Of a stretch of DNA of 39,493 bases, positions 1 to 9,400 are shown piece by piece. The notes beneath the pieces were generated by a model. That model was not told the origin of the DNA, ran no database searches, and saw nothing but the letters and a program-made list of their open reading frames with translations. Each line of letters begins with the position of its first letter. Position 1 is the first letter of the stretch. The position numbers and the translations under genes were made by a program. This DNA comes from Pseudomonadota bacterium (GTDB taxonomy: Bacteria; Pseudomonadota; Alphaproteobacteria; Caulobacterales; Hyphomonadaceae): NCBI GenBank assembly GCA_038526925.1, contig JBCBGJ010000001.1, positions 1-39,493 on the forward strand, written 5' to 3'.

Positions 1-1
1 C

Positions 2-247
2 GATGTGTGTACCTGCAGCCGAGAACGCTTGGTCGGTACGCTGCAAGGCATGGCGGATGAGAGCCTGCGCGACATGGTTGAGCCAGATGGCACACTGAAA
101 GTGGACTGTCAGTTCTGCTCGCGTCAGTACATCATCCCAATCGAAGCGTTTGGTATCAAGTTTTGTAGACCGCGACGACTTCGCCGGTCACCCGTCATCC
201 ATAGTACAGCATTTTATCGACCAAAGAGCCGGGGGAAAAGAACCTAG
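2..247 (+). CDS. hslO: Hsp33 redox-regulated chaperone, C-terminal part (5' truncated by window)
   Basis: CTCSRER...VDCQFCSRQY gives the CxC + CxxC zinc motif of Hsp33; frame is open from position 2. Confidence 0.9.
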   Translation, partial: DVCTCSRERLVGTLQGMADESLRDMVEPDGTLKVDCQFCSRQYIIPIEAFGIKFCRPRRLRRSPVIHSTAFYRPKSRGKRT

Positions 248-1301
248 GGCTGCTGTTGCCGTTTAATTCGCCGCGCTCGTGACGTCTTCGATTGGGATGA
301 TGTACTATGGATGACGGGTGACCGGCGAAGTCGTCGCGGTCTACAAAACTTGATACCAAACGCTTCGGTGTGTTCCCAAACAATCGGCGGACTGTCCGGT
401 TAAAGTCATTTCCACTCGCAAACCCCCAACGGGTTTGGGCTGCGTGAACGCTCCCGCGCTGACTTTGGGTTTGCCAGACTTGCAGCACCGCTTTTGATGC
501 ACGTAGGTGAGTAATGTAGTGTCGGATCCCGCCATACACCTCAAACATCCGATAGAGAGATGCGCGCGAGACGCCGAACCGACTTAGAATCATTTCAACA
601 GTTAGTTTCGGGGACTCTAAATTCTCAACAATGAAACGCTGCAATTGGCGTCGCAACAATTCTCTCGCCTGAGACCGGACATCTTCGCGCTGCGGATCCA
701 CGCCAAGCGCGATCTTAAGCGCCGTCGCCAGTCTTTGATGCGCATGGTTCGAGATTTGGCCGTTCTCGCCTGTGACACTCGCAAACACAGCGTTCCATTC
801 CTCATGCAAAACTTTTCCAATCAATGATCGCGGACTTATTTCCACATATGGCGTTGTTTGGTTGATCGAAATCCCGACCATCTCTCTCGGTACGTAGAAT
901 TCTTGGATCACCATCTCGGTGCCGATTGCGGAGCCTTTCTTATTGTGCCCCGCCAAATAGATTGGCCCAGGAGCGAAATAGAGCTCAACTCCGCCCCGTA
1001 CGCCGCTTTGAAATCCGGACAAGAGTTTTTCAAACGTCAGGATCGGGCCTTCTTTTCCAGCATGGATCGCTTGATAATCGTAGATAAACGCGGCCACTGA
1101 AATCTGAGAGAGCGAACAGGGGTCGGCATGCCAAAATTGGCTTTGGAGAGCCGTTTTCGCTTGATTGGCATTCAATGGCGTCGCAGCCCATGCACCCGAC
1201 ACGAGGTCAACATATTCATCCACCCCAAGATCAAAAGATTCCAAAATAGGATCGATCATGACCTCGCGTTCTAAGGCTTCTCCATACTCGTCGATCTTCA
1301 C
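195..1301 (-). CDS. AraC-family transcriptional regulator (paralogue 1)
   Basis: C-terminal double HTH (FIVENLESPKL..GVSRASLYRMFE..GGIRHYI..WGF....FNRTVRRLFGNTP). GTG start at 1301 chosen for the GGGGG SD and for length match to paralogue 2; the ORF track starts at 1358. Confidence 0.85.
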   Translation of the reverse strand: MKIDEYGEALEREVMIDPILESFDLGVDEYVDLVSGAWAATPLNANQAKTALQSQFWHADPCSLSQISVAAFIYDYQAIHAGKEGPILTFEKLLSGFQSGVRGGVELYFAPGPIYLAGHNKKGSAIGTEMVIQEFYVPREMVGISINQTTPYVEISPRSLIGKVLHEEWNAVFASVTGENGQISNHAHQRLATALKIALGVDPQREDVRSQARELLRRQLQRFIVENLESPKLTVEMILSRFGVSRASLYRMFEVYGGIRHYITHLRASKAVLQVWQTQSQRGSVHAAQTRWGFASGNDFNRTVRRLFGNTPKRLVSSFVDRDDFAGHPSSIVHHPNRRRHERGELNGNSSPRFFSPGSLVDKMLYYG

Positions 1302-1439
1302 GTCGCCCCCAGTCCAATTTGGCTTATTGAATACCTGTCTGTCCGCATTTCTCGCCAAATTTGTTGTCTTAATAGCTCACCTTGATTGCAGTATTCTACT
1401 CTATAGAGCCTTTATTCGCATCGAATTCGACCCTTGTCG

Positions 1440-1455
1440 TTATCCTCACGTCTCA
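1440..1455 (-). promoter_or_regulatory. Conserved upstream motif copy 1 (TGAGACGTGAGGATAA on - strand)
   Basis: 15/16 identical to 2795-2810; both lie 139 nt from the AraC start codon. Confidence 0.6.
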
Positions 1456-1493
1456 AAACTCGGTTGTATATAAGGTACATTATACGCGCTGAC

Positions 1494-1515
1494 AAAACGT
1501 TTCGAACCCGAAACG
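1494..1515 (-). terminator. Probable intrinsic terminator of AraC paralogue 2
   Basis: CGTTTCG-GGTT-CGAAACG hairpin followed by TTTT on - strand, ~90 nt after the stop. Confidence 0.45.
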
Positions 1516-1603
1516 GAGTGGGCGCAGGGCCGCATCCAAATTGATAATTGAATAACCCTCAGGCGACTGCGCTCTCATTCTGAGGCTCGACAGAATTATC
1601 AGT

Positions 1604-2656
1604 CTAAGCGACCATTTGCGACAGATCCGGCGCAGGCGCGCCCCAACGATTGTCGAGAAAATCTGCCGCGAAGTCTGACTTCAATCGAAACGAGATATCG
1701 AGATCCGCTTCAGATGAGAGCAGTTTTTTCGGGCTGTTGCCGAACAGGCGGTTCACCGCACGGTTAAAGTTCGGCTGAGACGAGAAGCGCCAGCGGTCCT
1801 GCGCCGACCGTATCGCGCCATACCCTCTCCCGCTCTCGAATACGTCCAAGAGGGCCTTAGAGGTCCGCAGTTCGGTTATGTAATTTCGAACACCCCCCAT
1901 CGATTCAAACATTCGATAGAGTGAAGCTCGGGATACACCGTACTGGCTCAATATCATTGTGGTATTGAGATCTGGATGATCGAGGTTGGCGCCGACAAAA
2001 CGCTGGATTTGGCGAAACAGAAGCTCACGCGCCTCAGCTCGGACATCTTCGCGCTGGGGATTAACGCCTAGGGCAACCTTCAACGCCGCCGCCAACCGAT
2101 CGACTGCGCTCTGGGGCTGGTTGGTCGCTCCATTTTTCAGACTTTCGAATATGCCATCCCATTCAGCATGTAAGATCCTGCCCACCAGCGTGTTTGGCGC
2201 GATGAACTTACTGAGCAAAGCTTGGTTTGGATTGAGTCCAATAGACTGTTTTGAAATATAAAGCTCTTGGCGCCGGGTCGCGGTTGCAATCTGTCTGCGT
2301 ATCGCGTCCTGACCGCGCAATATGATTGTATCGGCTCCGGCGTAGTGATCTTCTCCCGCAAAGCGACCATACTCAAATCCGGATAGGATTTTTTCGAACA
2401 CAATCACTGGGCCGCCATTCTGCACATGCGCATTTGTGGCCTCGAAAAAGTATGGTCCGAGATCATACTCGATGAACATGCAAGGCCCGACTTGCCAGCA
2501 ATTTGCGAGAACGCCAGCGCGCACGCGCTGCTGCTTCAAGGGCGTGGCCGACCATCCACCTGCCGTGGTCGCGATATATTCCTCGGCGCTCAGATCAAAT
2601 TTTTTCAAGTCGACAGACAGGATAGGCGATGCTGAACGCGCTTCGGACCCAAACAT
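1604..2656 (-). CDS. AraC-family transcriptional regulator (paralogue 2)
   Basis: FVGANLDHPDL..GVSRASLYRMFESMGGVRNYI..FSSQPNFNRAVNRLFGNSP; alignable with paralogue 1 along its length. Confidence 0.88.
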   Translation of the reverse strand: MFGSEARSASPILSVDLKKFDLSAEEYIATTAGGWSATPLKQQRVRAGVLANCWQVGPCMFIEYDLGPYFFEATNAHVQNGGPVIVFEKILSGFEYGRFAGEDHYAGADTIILRGQDAIRRQIATATRRQELYISKQSIGLNPNQALLSKFIAPNTLVGRILHAEWDGIFESLKNGATNQPQSAVDRLAAALKVALGVNPQREDVRAEARELLFRQIQRFVGANLDHPDLNTTMILSQYGVSRASLYRMFESMGGVRNYITELRTSKALLDVFESGRGYGAIRSAQDRWRFSSQPNFNRAVNRLFGNSPKKLLSSEADLDISFRLKSDFAADFLDNRWGAPAPDLSQMVA

Positions 2657-2794
2657 TTATCTCATGCCCCCTTTCACCTCGGAGAGTCTCAGGTAATCGA
2701 GGCATATACAAGAAAATATGCAACAAGATTAGGCAAGATGCCCCAGTTATACTGACATAACGGTCAGTCTTAAACGATCCGACCCTGACGTTCA

Positions 2795-2810
2795 TTATCC
2801 TCACATCTCA
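2795..2810 (-). promoter_or_regulatory. Conserved upstream motif copy 2 (TGAGATGTGAGGATAA on - strand)
   Basis: 15/16 identical to 1440-1455. Confidence 0.6.
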
Positions 2811-2920
2811 GATCACAGCTCTCACAGCCTTACGCGATCGACACGCTCTGGATGGATTCTCACGCACAATATTAAGCTAGTAAGGAATTCGTGATAGGAA
2901 AAACTGAAGAGGAAGCAAGA

Positions 2921-3391
2921 ATGAGCGAAAACCCTGCCTTAAGCCTCGACGGGTTCTTACCGTACCGGCTATCAGTTTTGTCCAACGCGGTATCGAGCAA
3001 AATCGCAAGAATCTATGAGCAGGAATTCGAACTTTCGGTTTGGCAATGGCGCATCATTGCTGTGCTGGGGGAGCGCGAAGGCCTGACCAGTACCGAGGTT
3101 GCGCAGCGCACACTTATGGACAAACCGACCGTTAGCCGCGCTGCTGCCAGTTTGATCGAACGCGGTATTCTCGTTCGTAGCATCGATTCTGATGACCGCC
3201 GCCGCGCGCCGATGCGCCTGACCGATGAGGGCCGAGCCATCTACGCCGCCGTCATCCCGCGCGCGATCGAAAGCGAACGTGAGTTACTTGATGCGATCAG
3301 CGCGGATGAAGCCGAAACGTTGCACCGGCTGCTCTCACGCTTGTCGGCGGTGGTTTCCCCTGACAAACCACTTTGGGGCGAAGGCGAATAA
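2921..3391 (+). CDS. MarR-family transcriptional regulator
   Basis: LDGFLPYRLSVLSN, MDKPTVSRA, DDRRR wing motif; ATG 2921 follows GAGGAAG. Confidence 0.92.
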   Translation: MSENPALSLDGFLPYRLSVLSNAVSSKIARIYEQEFELSVWQWRIIAVLGEREGLTSTEVAQRTLMDKPTVSRAAASLIERGILVRSIDSDDRRRAPMRLTDEGRAIYAAVIPRAIESERELLDAISADEAETLHRLLSRLSAVVSPDKPLWGEGE

Positions 3392-3402
3392 GGGGACCAA
3401 AC

Positions 3403-4497
3403 ATGTCTAGCGGGATCACAGACGCCATCTTCTCGACGCTCGTTGCACAACGCCCAGAGTTCAAAAACGCGATGAAAGTGTGGACGGACGTTCTCGAGCC
3501 GGCGCTTGCGGGGCGGGAAGCTGAGCGTCGCTCTATCATTTCCAAAGCACGCACCCGAACACTTTGGACGGGACTGATTGTCGGCGCGTTCGCGTTGATC
3601 TTACTGTTTGCCACCCGCGGTGCGGGCGTCATGCTTGTTATCTTTGCGGCCATTGCGATTACAGGCATCGGAAGTGCGGCGGCTTGGATTCCCTTGTTCA
3701 GGGTCAAATCAGAGACAAAACAATTGGTCGTCGGGGCCGCGGCAGAGTCATTCGGTTTCAAGTACGAAACCCTACACCCCGATGTGAGCGGCATATCAGA
3801 TTGGAAATCAGCCGGGTCGTGGATCAGCTCTCACGCCCTAAAGACACAAGGCGCTGCGAAGCTATTTGCGGCTGGCGATGATACCCCAACCCCAACGCCG
3901 GCCTTCAAAGTCCTGCGCGATGCCAAGCTCCTTCCAAGCTATGATAATCGCAAATTCGAAGACCTAATCGAAGGGGATAGAGCCGAGACGCATTTCTCGT
4001 TGGTTGAATGTAAACTCACTGAAGAACGCGGATCGGGCAAAAACCGCCGGACGGTCACGGTTTTCCAGGGGCTTTTATTCCATATTCAGTACCCTGAGCG
4101 TTTTCTCGGACGCACACTGATGGCCCGCCAAGGCTGGTGGAAAGGCTTTTTCGGCGACAAAACGCTTCAAAAGGTCGATTTGGTCGCGAAAGAACTCGAA
4201 GACAATTTCACGATCTATTCCGACGATCAGGTTGAGGCGCGGGCTTTGTTAACGCCTGATCGAATGGAGCGCCTCATCGCTCTGGAGCGTCATTTCAAAG
4301 GCGGGAAGTTGCGGGGAATATTTGAAGGCGACCATCTGACCCTCGCCCTGGAAGCGGATGATCAGTTTGAAGCAGGGTCCGTTTGGAAGCCGTTGGTGGA
4401 CCCGGATCGCTATATCAGCGCCTTAACTGAGATTGGGTTGGTCTGCGATGTGATCGATGGATTCCTCACGCGCGAGTGGGTCAAAGACAAGCTTTAG
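3403..4497 (+). CDS. DUF3137-family membrane protein
   Basis: Two N-terminal TM helices, then EDLIEG, VFQGLLF, YSDDQVEARALLTPDRMERL motifs; ATG 3403 after AGGGG. Confidence 0.75.
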   Translation: MSSGITDAIFSTLVAQRPEFKNAMKVWTDVLEPALAGREAERRSIISKARTRTLWTGLIVGAFALILLFATRGAGVMLVIFAAIAITGIGSAAAWIPLFRVKSETKQLVVGAAAESFGFKYETLHPDVSGISDWKSAGSWISSHALKTQGAAKLFAAGDDTPTPTPAFKVLRDAKLLPSYDNRKFEDLIEGDRAETHFSLVECKLTEERGSGKNRRTVTVFQGLLFHIQYPERFLGRTLMARQGWWKGFFGDKTLQKVDLVAKELEDNFTIYSDDQVEARALLTPDRMERLIALERHFKGGKLRGIFEGDHLTLALEADDQFEAGSVWKPLVDPDRYISALTEIGLVCDVIDGFLTREWVKDKL

Positions 4498-4536
4498 TAA
4501 ACAAAAAGCAGTGACGTTTGTCCGTTTTCGGCACTA

Positions 4537-4552
4537 CGGCCCTGGAATTGCA
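4537..4552 (+). promoter_or_regulatory. Candidate sigma54 -24/-12 promoter for the hfsE operon
   Basis: CGGCCC-TGGAA-TTGCA, with correct GG-N10-GC spacing. Confidence 0.45.
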
Positions 4553-4628
4553 TCAAATTTGGCACAGGGGCGAAGGTTAATCTTGATCTTGATGTGCAAG
4601 GTTGGGGTTAGGTGGACGAGGTATGGCG

Positions 4629-6164
4629 ATGCCGACGAGTACGACAAGGGACGTTGATGTCCTAGATTCTATCTATGAATCTAGGCCCGGACCGACCACA
4701 TATTCTCCAGACGTCCCGGCGAATGACACGGTGGACATTGCCTCTGCGCGTCTTCCGTCTCGCAGAATCCCATTCCGTGTCTCAGGCATGCGGTTCGCTC
4801 TTAAGGTTTTCGACCTAACAATTGCTTCTCTCATTGTTGCATATTTCCTCATCACTTCTGGCATCGGTTTGCTTTCTGCAACAGTGTTTCAGATCCTACC
4901 ATTCGCCTTGATCCCAATCGTAACGTCTTGGGGCCTTCGAACCGTTTCCGCCTACGATCTGCGGGTCAATCAAAGTATTTTAGATCATCTGGTCGCAACC
5001 GCTTATGGCTCTGGGCTTCCACTCGCAGCCCTCGCTTTTACAACCGGCTGGCTCTATCCGACTGAGCTCGTTCATTGGGCGACATTTGCAATCTTCACCA
5101 CATGGGTCACCGTTACCGCGTGCCATATCATTTTTCTGGTTCTGGGGCGTCAGATGACCCGCGCTGGATGGATAGGCGAAAACGTCGTGATTGTCGGGGC
5201 CACGCCAAATGCGCGCCGGATGATTGAGCGCAACGCGAGAAGCCGCGAGCTCAACATCGTCGGAATATTTGACGATCGTCTCGAACGTGCGCCTCGGTCG
5301 ATGGCGGGTGCACCGCTTTTGGGACGACTGGATGACCTATTAGCCTGGGAACGTCTGCCTGAGATTGATCGCATCGTCGTTACTGTGACATCAGATGCGC
5401 GCGACCGCGTTAAAACACTTGTCGACCGGCTGCGCATCTTACCGCAGCGCGTGGTCCTGCTTCTGGACTTGGACGGCTTCGATCCAGAGACCGAAAGCCT
5501 CGCGAAAATCGCGCACTCTCCCGCAGCCTATGTGTCCGGAAGTCCGCATGATACGCGCCGCGCGATTTCGAACCGCGTCTTTGACCTGTTCTTCGCGAGC
5601 GCCATGCTCGTCGCGTTCAGCCCTCTCTTTTTGCTGCTCTCGATCGCGATAAAACTGGAAAGCAAAGGCCCGGTCCTGTTCCGCCAGAATCGACACGGCT
5701 TTAACAATCAAATCATCAAGGTTTGGAAATTCCGCTCAATGCGCCACGATCCCGCGGCGGCCGAACGAATTTCTATGCAAACGATCGCTGACGACCCTCG
5801 CATCACTCGAATAGGCCGGTTTATTCGGCAGACCTCCATCGACGAGCTTCCACAACTGGTAAATGTCCTCAAAGGCGAGATGTCGATTGTCGGGCCGCGC
5901 CCACACGCTGTTGGCATGACGACCGAAGAGCAATCCGTTCAGAACATTGTTGGCGACTATGCGCATCGCCACCGCGTCAAACCTGGAATTACGGGCTGGG
6001 CGCAGATCAATGGATCGCGCGGGCCCGTCCACACCAAAGAACTAGTGCGCGAGCGGGTGCGCCTGGACATGGAATACGTCAACCGGTCTTCGTTCTGGTT
6101 CGACTTCTATATTATGCTGATGACCCTCCCGCGCTTATTTGGCGATGCGAAGACGCTGCGCTGA
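4629..6164 (+). CDS. hfsE: Polyprenyl-phosphate hexose-1-phosphate transferase (priming glycosyltransferase, WcaJ/HfsE type)
   Basis: 4 TM helices, Rossmann-like VVIVGA domain, C-terminal KFRSM, DPRITRIG, DELPQL, SIVGPRP, KPGITGWAQ motifs; hfs context. Start is 4623 or 4629. Confidence 0.9.
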   Translation: MPTSTTRDVDVLDSIYESRPGPTTYSPDVPANDTVDIASARLPSRRIPFRVSGMRFALKVFDLTIASLIVAYFLITSGIGLLSATVFQILPFALIPIVTSWGLRTVSAYDLRVNQSILDHLVATAYGSGLPLAALAFTTGWLYPTELVHWATFAIFTTWVTVTACHIIFLVLGRQMTRAGWIGENVVIVGATPNARRMIERNARSRELNIVGIFDDRLERAPRSMAGAPLLGRLDDLLAWERLPEIDRIVVTVTSDARDRVKTLVDRLRILPQRVVLLLDLDGFDPETESLAKIAHSPAAYVSGSPHDTRRAISNRVFDLFFASAMLVAFSPLFLLLSIAIKLESKGPVLFRQNRHGFNNQIIKVWKFRSMRHDPAAAERISMQTIADDPRITRIGRFIRQTSIDELPQLVNVLKGEMSIVGPRPHAVGMTTEEQSVQNIVGDYAHRHRVKPGITGWAQINGSRGPVHTKELVRERVRLDMEYVNRSSFWFDFYIMLMTLPRLFGDAKTLR

Positions 6165-7168
6165 TGAGAACAGGTTGGGACACGCCTTTCGAAGAGATTG
6201 ACTCTGCCCAGATGCAGAGCCGATTGCCCGTTGGGACGACGGATCACGGGGAGGAAGTGTTCACCAATTCGAAGTCTGGCGAAGCCCGGATCACGATCTG
6301 CGTGCCGACCTGGAAGGATAGCGCAGACGCCTTGCTGTGTAGCCTAGCTCGTTTGCCAGGGGCCGAGCAGTGTACGCTTTTAATCTTCGATGATGGATCG
6401 CTCGATTCAGATCTTACCAGCCGATTGATCCGGCACACAATGCGCTTTCCTGGACCAGCCCGCCTTATCAGCGCGCCGAAAAATATGGGCCGCAGCCATG
6501 CGCGCAATCGCCTCAAAGATCTGGCTGAGTCGGACTGGGTTCTATTCTTAGATGCCGACATGCAACCGGACGATGAAGCGTTTCTTTCGAACTATCTAAA
6601 CGCCATAGAAGCGCAGTCTGAGCCATCTCTGATCGCGGGTGGGTTTAGCCTAAAAAACGTACGCCCAACCGACGAAACACGGCTCCACGCGGCGCAGTCG
6701 ATAACATCTGAATGCGTATCAGCAGAGGTGCGCAGTCTATCGCCAGGGCGTTACGTGTTTACCTCGAACATCCTCGTCCATCGCCAGATCCTTGATGCGG
6801 TCAGGTTTGATCCTGGATTTGTCGGCTGGGGCTGGGAAGATGTCGATTGGGGGCTCAGAGTTGCGGGCGATTATCCCGTTCATCATATCGAAAATACAGC
6901 AACCCATTTAGGCCTCGATCCCGATCCGAAGCTGATTGAGAAATATGCAGGCTCAGCCGATAATTTCGCACGCCTGGTTGAGCGCCACCCTCAAGTGATG
7001 TCCTCGACGCCGCTCTACAGAATGGCGAAAACCTTGCGTCCCCTGCCAGGTCGCAGCTTGCTTCAATCCTCCGCACTGAAACTCGCTCAAATGAAAGCCG
7101 CACCGATCAAAGCCCGTTTATTTGGCCTGAAACTCTATCGCGCGTCTGTCTATGGTGCGCGGCTATGA
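6164..7168 (+). CDS. Glycosyltransferase family 2 (HfsL-like)
   Basis: ICVPTW, DDGS, GRSHARN, FLDAD, GWGWEDVDWG; TGATG overlap with hfsE. Confidence 0.85.
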   Translation: MRTGWDTPFEEIDSAQMQSRLPVGTTDHGEEVFTNSKSGEARITICVPTWKDSADALLCSLARLPGAEQCTLLIFDDGSLDSDLTSRLIRHTMRFPGPARLISAPKNMGRSHARNRLKDLAESDWVLFLDADMQPDDEAFLSNYLNAIEAQSEPSLIAGGFSLKNVRPTDETRLHAAQSITSECVSAEVRSLSPGRYVFTSNILVHRQILDAVRFDPGFVGWGWEDVDWGLRVAGDYPVHHIENTATHLGLDPDPKLIEKYAGSADNFARLVERHPQVMSSTPLYRMAKTLRPLPGRSLLQSSALKLAQMKAAPIKARLFGLKLYRASVYGARL

Positions 7169-8139
7169 TCAGTGTCGTTGTACCGACCTTCAATCGACCG
7201 GACGGTCTCCTGGCCGCCGTGCGCAGCTTGTTTTCGCAGACCTATGCTGCAAACGGGTTTCAAATCGTCATCGTCGACAACACGCCGCTTGCGACGGCGT
7301 CTGACGCGATCGCGCGGTTAACTGGTGAGTGCCCGACCTGCATCGATATGATTGCCTTGCATGAGCCAGCACCGGGCGTGGCAAACGCTCGAAACACCGC
7401 CATGTCGATCGTCGAAACAGACTTGATCGCGTTTTTGGATGACGATCAAACAGCCCCATCAAACTGGCTAGAGAATTTGCTCGCCAATTATAAGAAATTC
7501 CCGGCTGCGGTCACGTTTGGACCCGTTCAAAGCGCGCTGCCAGACGGACAGAGACGGCATAAAGCCTATTTCGAGCAATTCTTTGCGCGCGAACCAGAGC
7601 TATCGTCTGGCTTCATTGAAGAATCCTTCGGCAGCGGCAATGCCTTGGTCGACTTCTCTCAGATTAATGGCGGTGCGCCTTGGTTTGATACGGACATGAA
7701 CGAGATTGGCGGTGAGGATGACTTGCTGTTTGCGCGTGCCCGGCGGTCGAACGGAAAATTTGCTTGGGCCGCGAATGCACCGGTTTGGGAGCATCCTTTG
7801 CCGGAGCGCGTTACGCTGGCCTATACGCTGCGCCGCGCCTTCTCTTATGGCCAAGCCCCAATCACTTTTGCCCGGCGTGGCTTGCGCCCTCGGATTGATC
7901 TGATTGGACTTTGGATGATGGTTGGTGCAGGCAAAGCGGCCTTTCATGGACTGCAGTGGATTGGCTTAAGTTTGATCCGTCATCCTGGACGCGCGTTTCA
8001 GCTCGATCGCGCGGTGCGCGGTATCGGCAAAGTCTTCTGGTGGATTGATATGAAATTCTACGGAGCTGCCGCTTTGAAAGCCAGCACGTCTAAGCCTGCA
8101 TCATCGACCGCACAGGCGCACGCGGTTGAGCCGGTTTGA
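7165..8139 (+). CDS. hfsG: Glycosyltransferase family 2, holdfast synthesis
   Basis: VVVPTFNRP, VDN, PGVANARN, AFLDDDQ, GGEDDLLF; ATGA overlap; hfs synteny. Confidence 0.8.
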   Translation: MISVVVPTFNRPDGLLAAVRSLFSQTYAANGFQIVIVDNTPLATASDAIARLTGECPTCIDMIALHEPAPGVANARNTAMSIVETDLIAFLDDDQTAPSNWLENLLANYKKFPAAVTFGPVQSALPDGQRRHKAYFEQFFAREPELSSGFIEESFGSGNALVDFSQINGGAPWFDTDMNEIGGEDDLLFARARRSNGKFAWAANAPVWEHPLPERVTLAYTLRRAFSYGQAPITFARRGLRPRIDLIGLWMMVGAGKAAFHGLQWIGLSLIRHPGRAFQLDRAVRGIGKVFWWIDMKFYGAAALKASTSKPASSTAQAHAVEPV

Positions 8140-9400
8140 TAAAAATCAATCCTTTGGGGCGCCGCGCCAGCTTCGCAGCAAGCGCAACATAGATCAGCCA
8201 GACAATTGAGTTCTGCTGGAGTGATGCACTCTCCGACAGGCTGAACAAGAAGAATTGCGCACAGAAGGCCAGCGCAAACACACCCGTCCAGGTATTGATT
8301 GAGGCCCATGCCGCGCGCCATATCGTGAGTATAAAGTCGAGGGCTAAGAGCGCCAATCCGATGCCCCCGAGCGCCAGCGTCACCTCAATCCAACCATTAT
8401 GAGCGGTCGGCGCATCCCATTCGAGCATTTCACGTACCCAGTTCCCAGGATTGCTCCCTTCATCCCAGAAGGCACCGTACCCATAGCCTAGAAGCGGGCG
8501 TTCCGAGATGAAATCCATAAGCGTGACCCAAATATCCGTTCGACCGGTTAGGGTTAGGTCACGCCCAAGCACGGCCACAACAATTTCAGGCGCAAAGACG
8601 AGAATACCGACCGCCACAGCGCTGAAAACGACGCCTAGCCAGGCGGCAACCAAGCCAAAGATCATACCTCGCTTCATAATCGCCGCAGCACAGAGGATCC
8701 CGAGCCCTATGAGGAGGCCGAGCAAGGCGGTTTTAGATGTGGTCAGCAAGACGAGGAGGACGCTGAGCCCCGTGAGGGCCGCCCAGATCCGCCGATAGGG
8801 CCGGTCCATAATCACTAAGAAGGCTCCGAACAAAGCCGCCCGCGCCATATGTCCGCCGAGCTGGTTCTTCTCATAGAAGAGCCCTTTCCAAGCGCCGCCA
8901 TGAACATCGAAATCGCGGCCAAAGGCCGGGTTCGCGAGCGCGGTGAGAAAACTGGTAACCGCAATAATGAACCAGGTAATAGCCAGCGCCCGAAGCAGGG
9001 TCCGCCAAGAGTAGCGAGACCCAAGATAAAGTCCGGCGGCCGTCGTCATGACAATGGCAAGGCTTCGTCGTTGGCTCAGTCCAGGATCAATTGACCAAGC
9101 GAATGACACGGCACAAACGGCGAGCAAACCCATCAAGAAGGGCAGCCGCAAACAGGCTTGCGCGACCTCGCGAATTTTCCAGACAATTCCCGCGAACGTG
9201 ACGGCATAGACGGGCAACCAAAGATATCGCAGCAAGGCGGACCCGTCGGTGGACCCGCTGCTCGACAAAAGACGCGGTAATATCCCTTCGCTGAAGATCA
9301 GCAATACGCCAATCAAGAGCAGAAATTCGGCGCGATGAACCGGTTGCTCAGAGGCTGGCGCGTCGGAACTAGGCGCTGAAGCGGTCAGCGAACCGTGCAT
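8090..9400 (-). CDS. hfsC: Wzy/O-antigen-ligase-family polysaccharide polymerase
   Basis: Many TM helices; KNQLG, TSKTA, TLTGRTDIW, PLLGYGYGAFW, AHNGW motifs. Confidence 0.88.
   Translation of the reverse strand: MHGSLTASAPSSDAPASEQPVHRAEFLLLIGVLLIFSEGILPRLLSSSGSTDGSALLRYLWLPVYAVTFAGIVWKIREVAQACLRLPFLMGLLAVCAVSFAWSIDPGLSQRRSLAIVMTTAAGLYLGSRYSWRTLLRALAITWFIIAVTSFLTALANPAFGRDFDVHGGAWKGLFYEKNQLGGHMARAALFGAFLVIMDRPYRRIWAALTGLSVLLVLLTTSKTALLGLLIGLGILCAAAIMKRGMIFGLVAAWLGVVFSAVAVGILVFAPEIVVAVLGRDLTLTGRTDIWVTLMDFISERPLLGYGYGAFWDEGSNPGNWVREMLEWDAPTAHNGWIEVTLALGGIGLALLALDFILTIWRAAWASINTWTGVFALAFCAQFFLFSLSESASLQQNSIVWLIYVALAAKLARRPKGLIFIKPAQPRAPVRSMMQA

Noticed and set aside
195-2656. AraC pair as CuxR-like c-di-GMP activators of the polysaccharide locus
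   Set aside because: No clear N-terminal RxxxR motif, and I did not see the shared 16-bp motif in the hfs promoters
4559-4576. TTGGCAC upstream of hfsE as a sigma54 -24 box
   Set aside because: No TTGC at the required spacing
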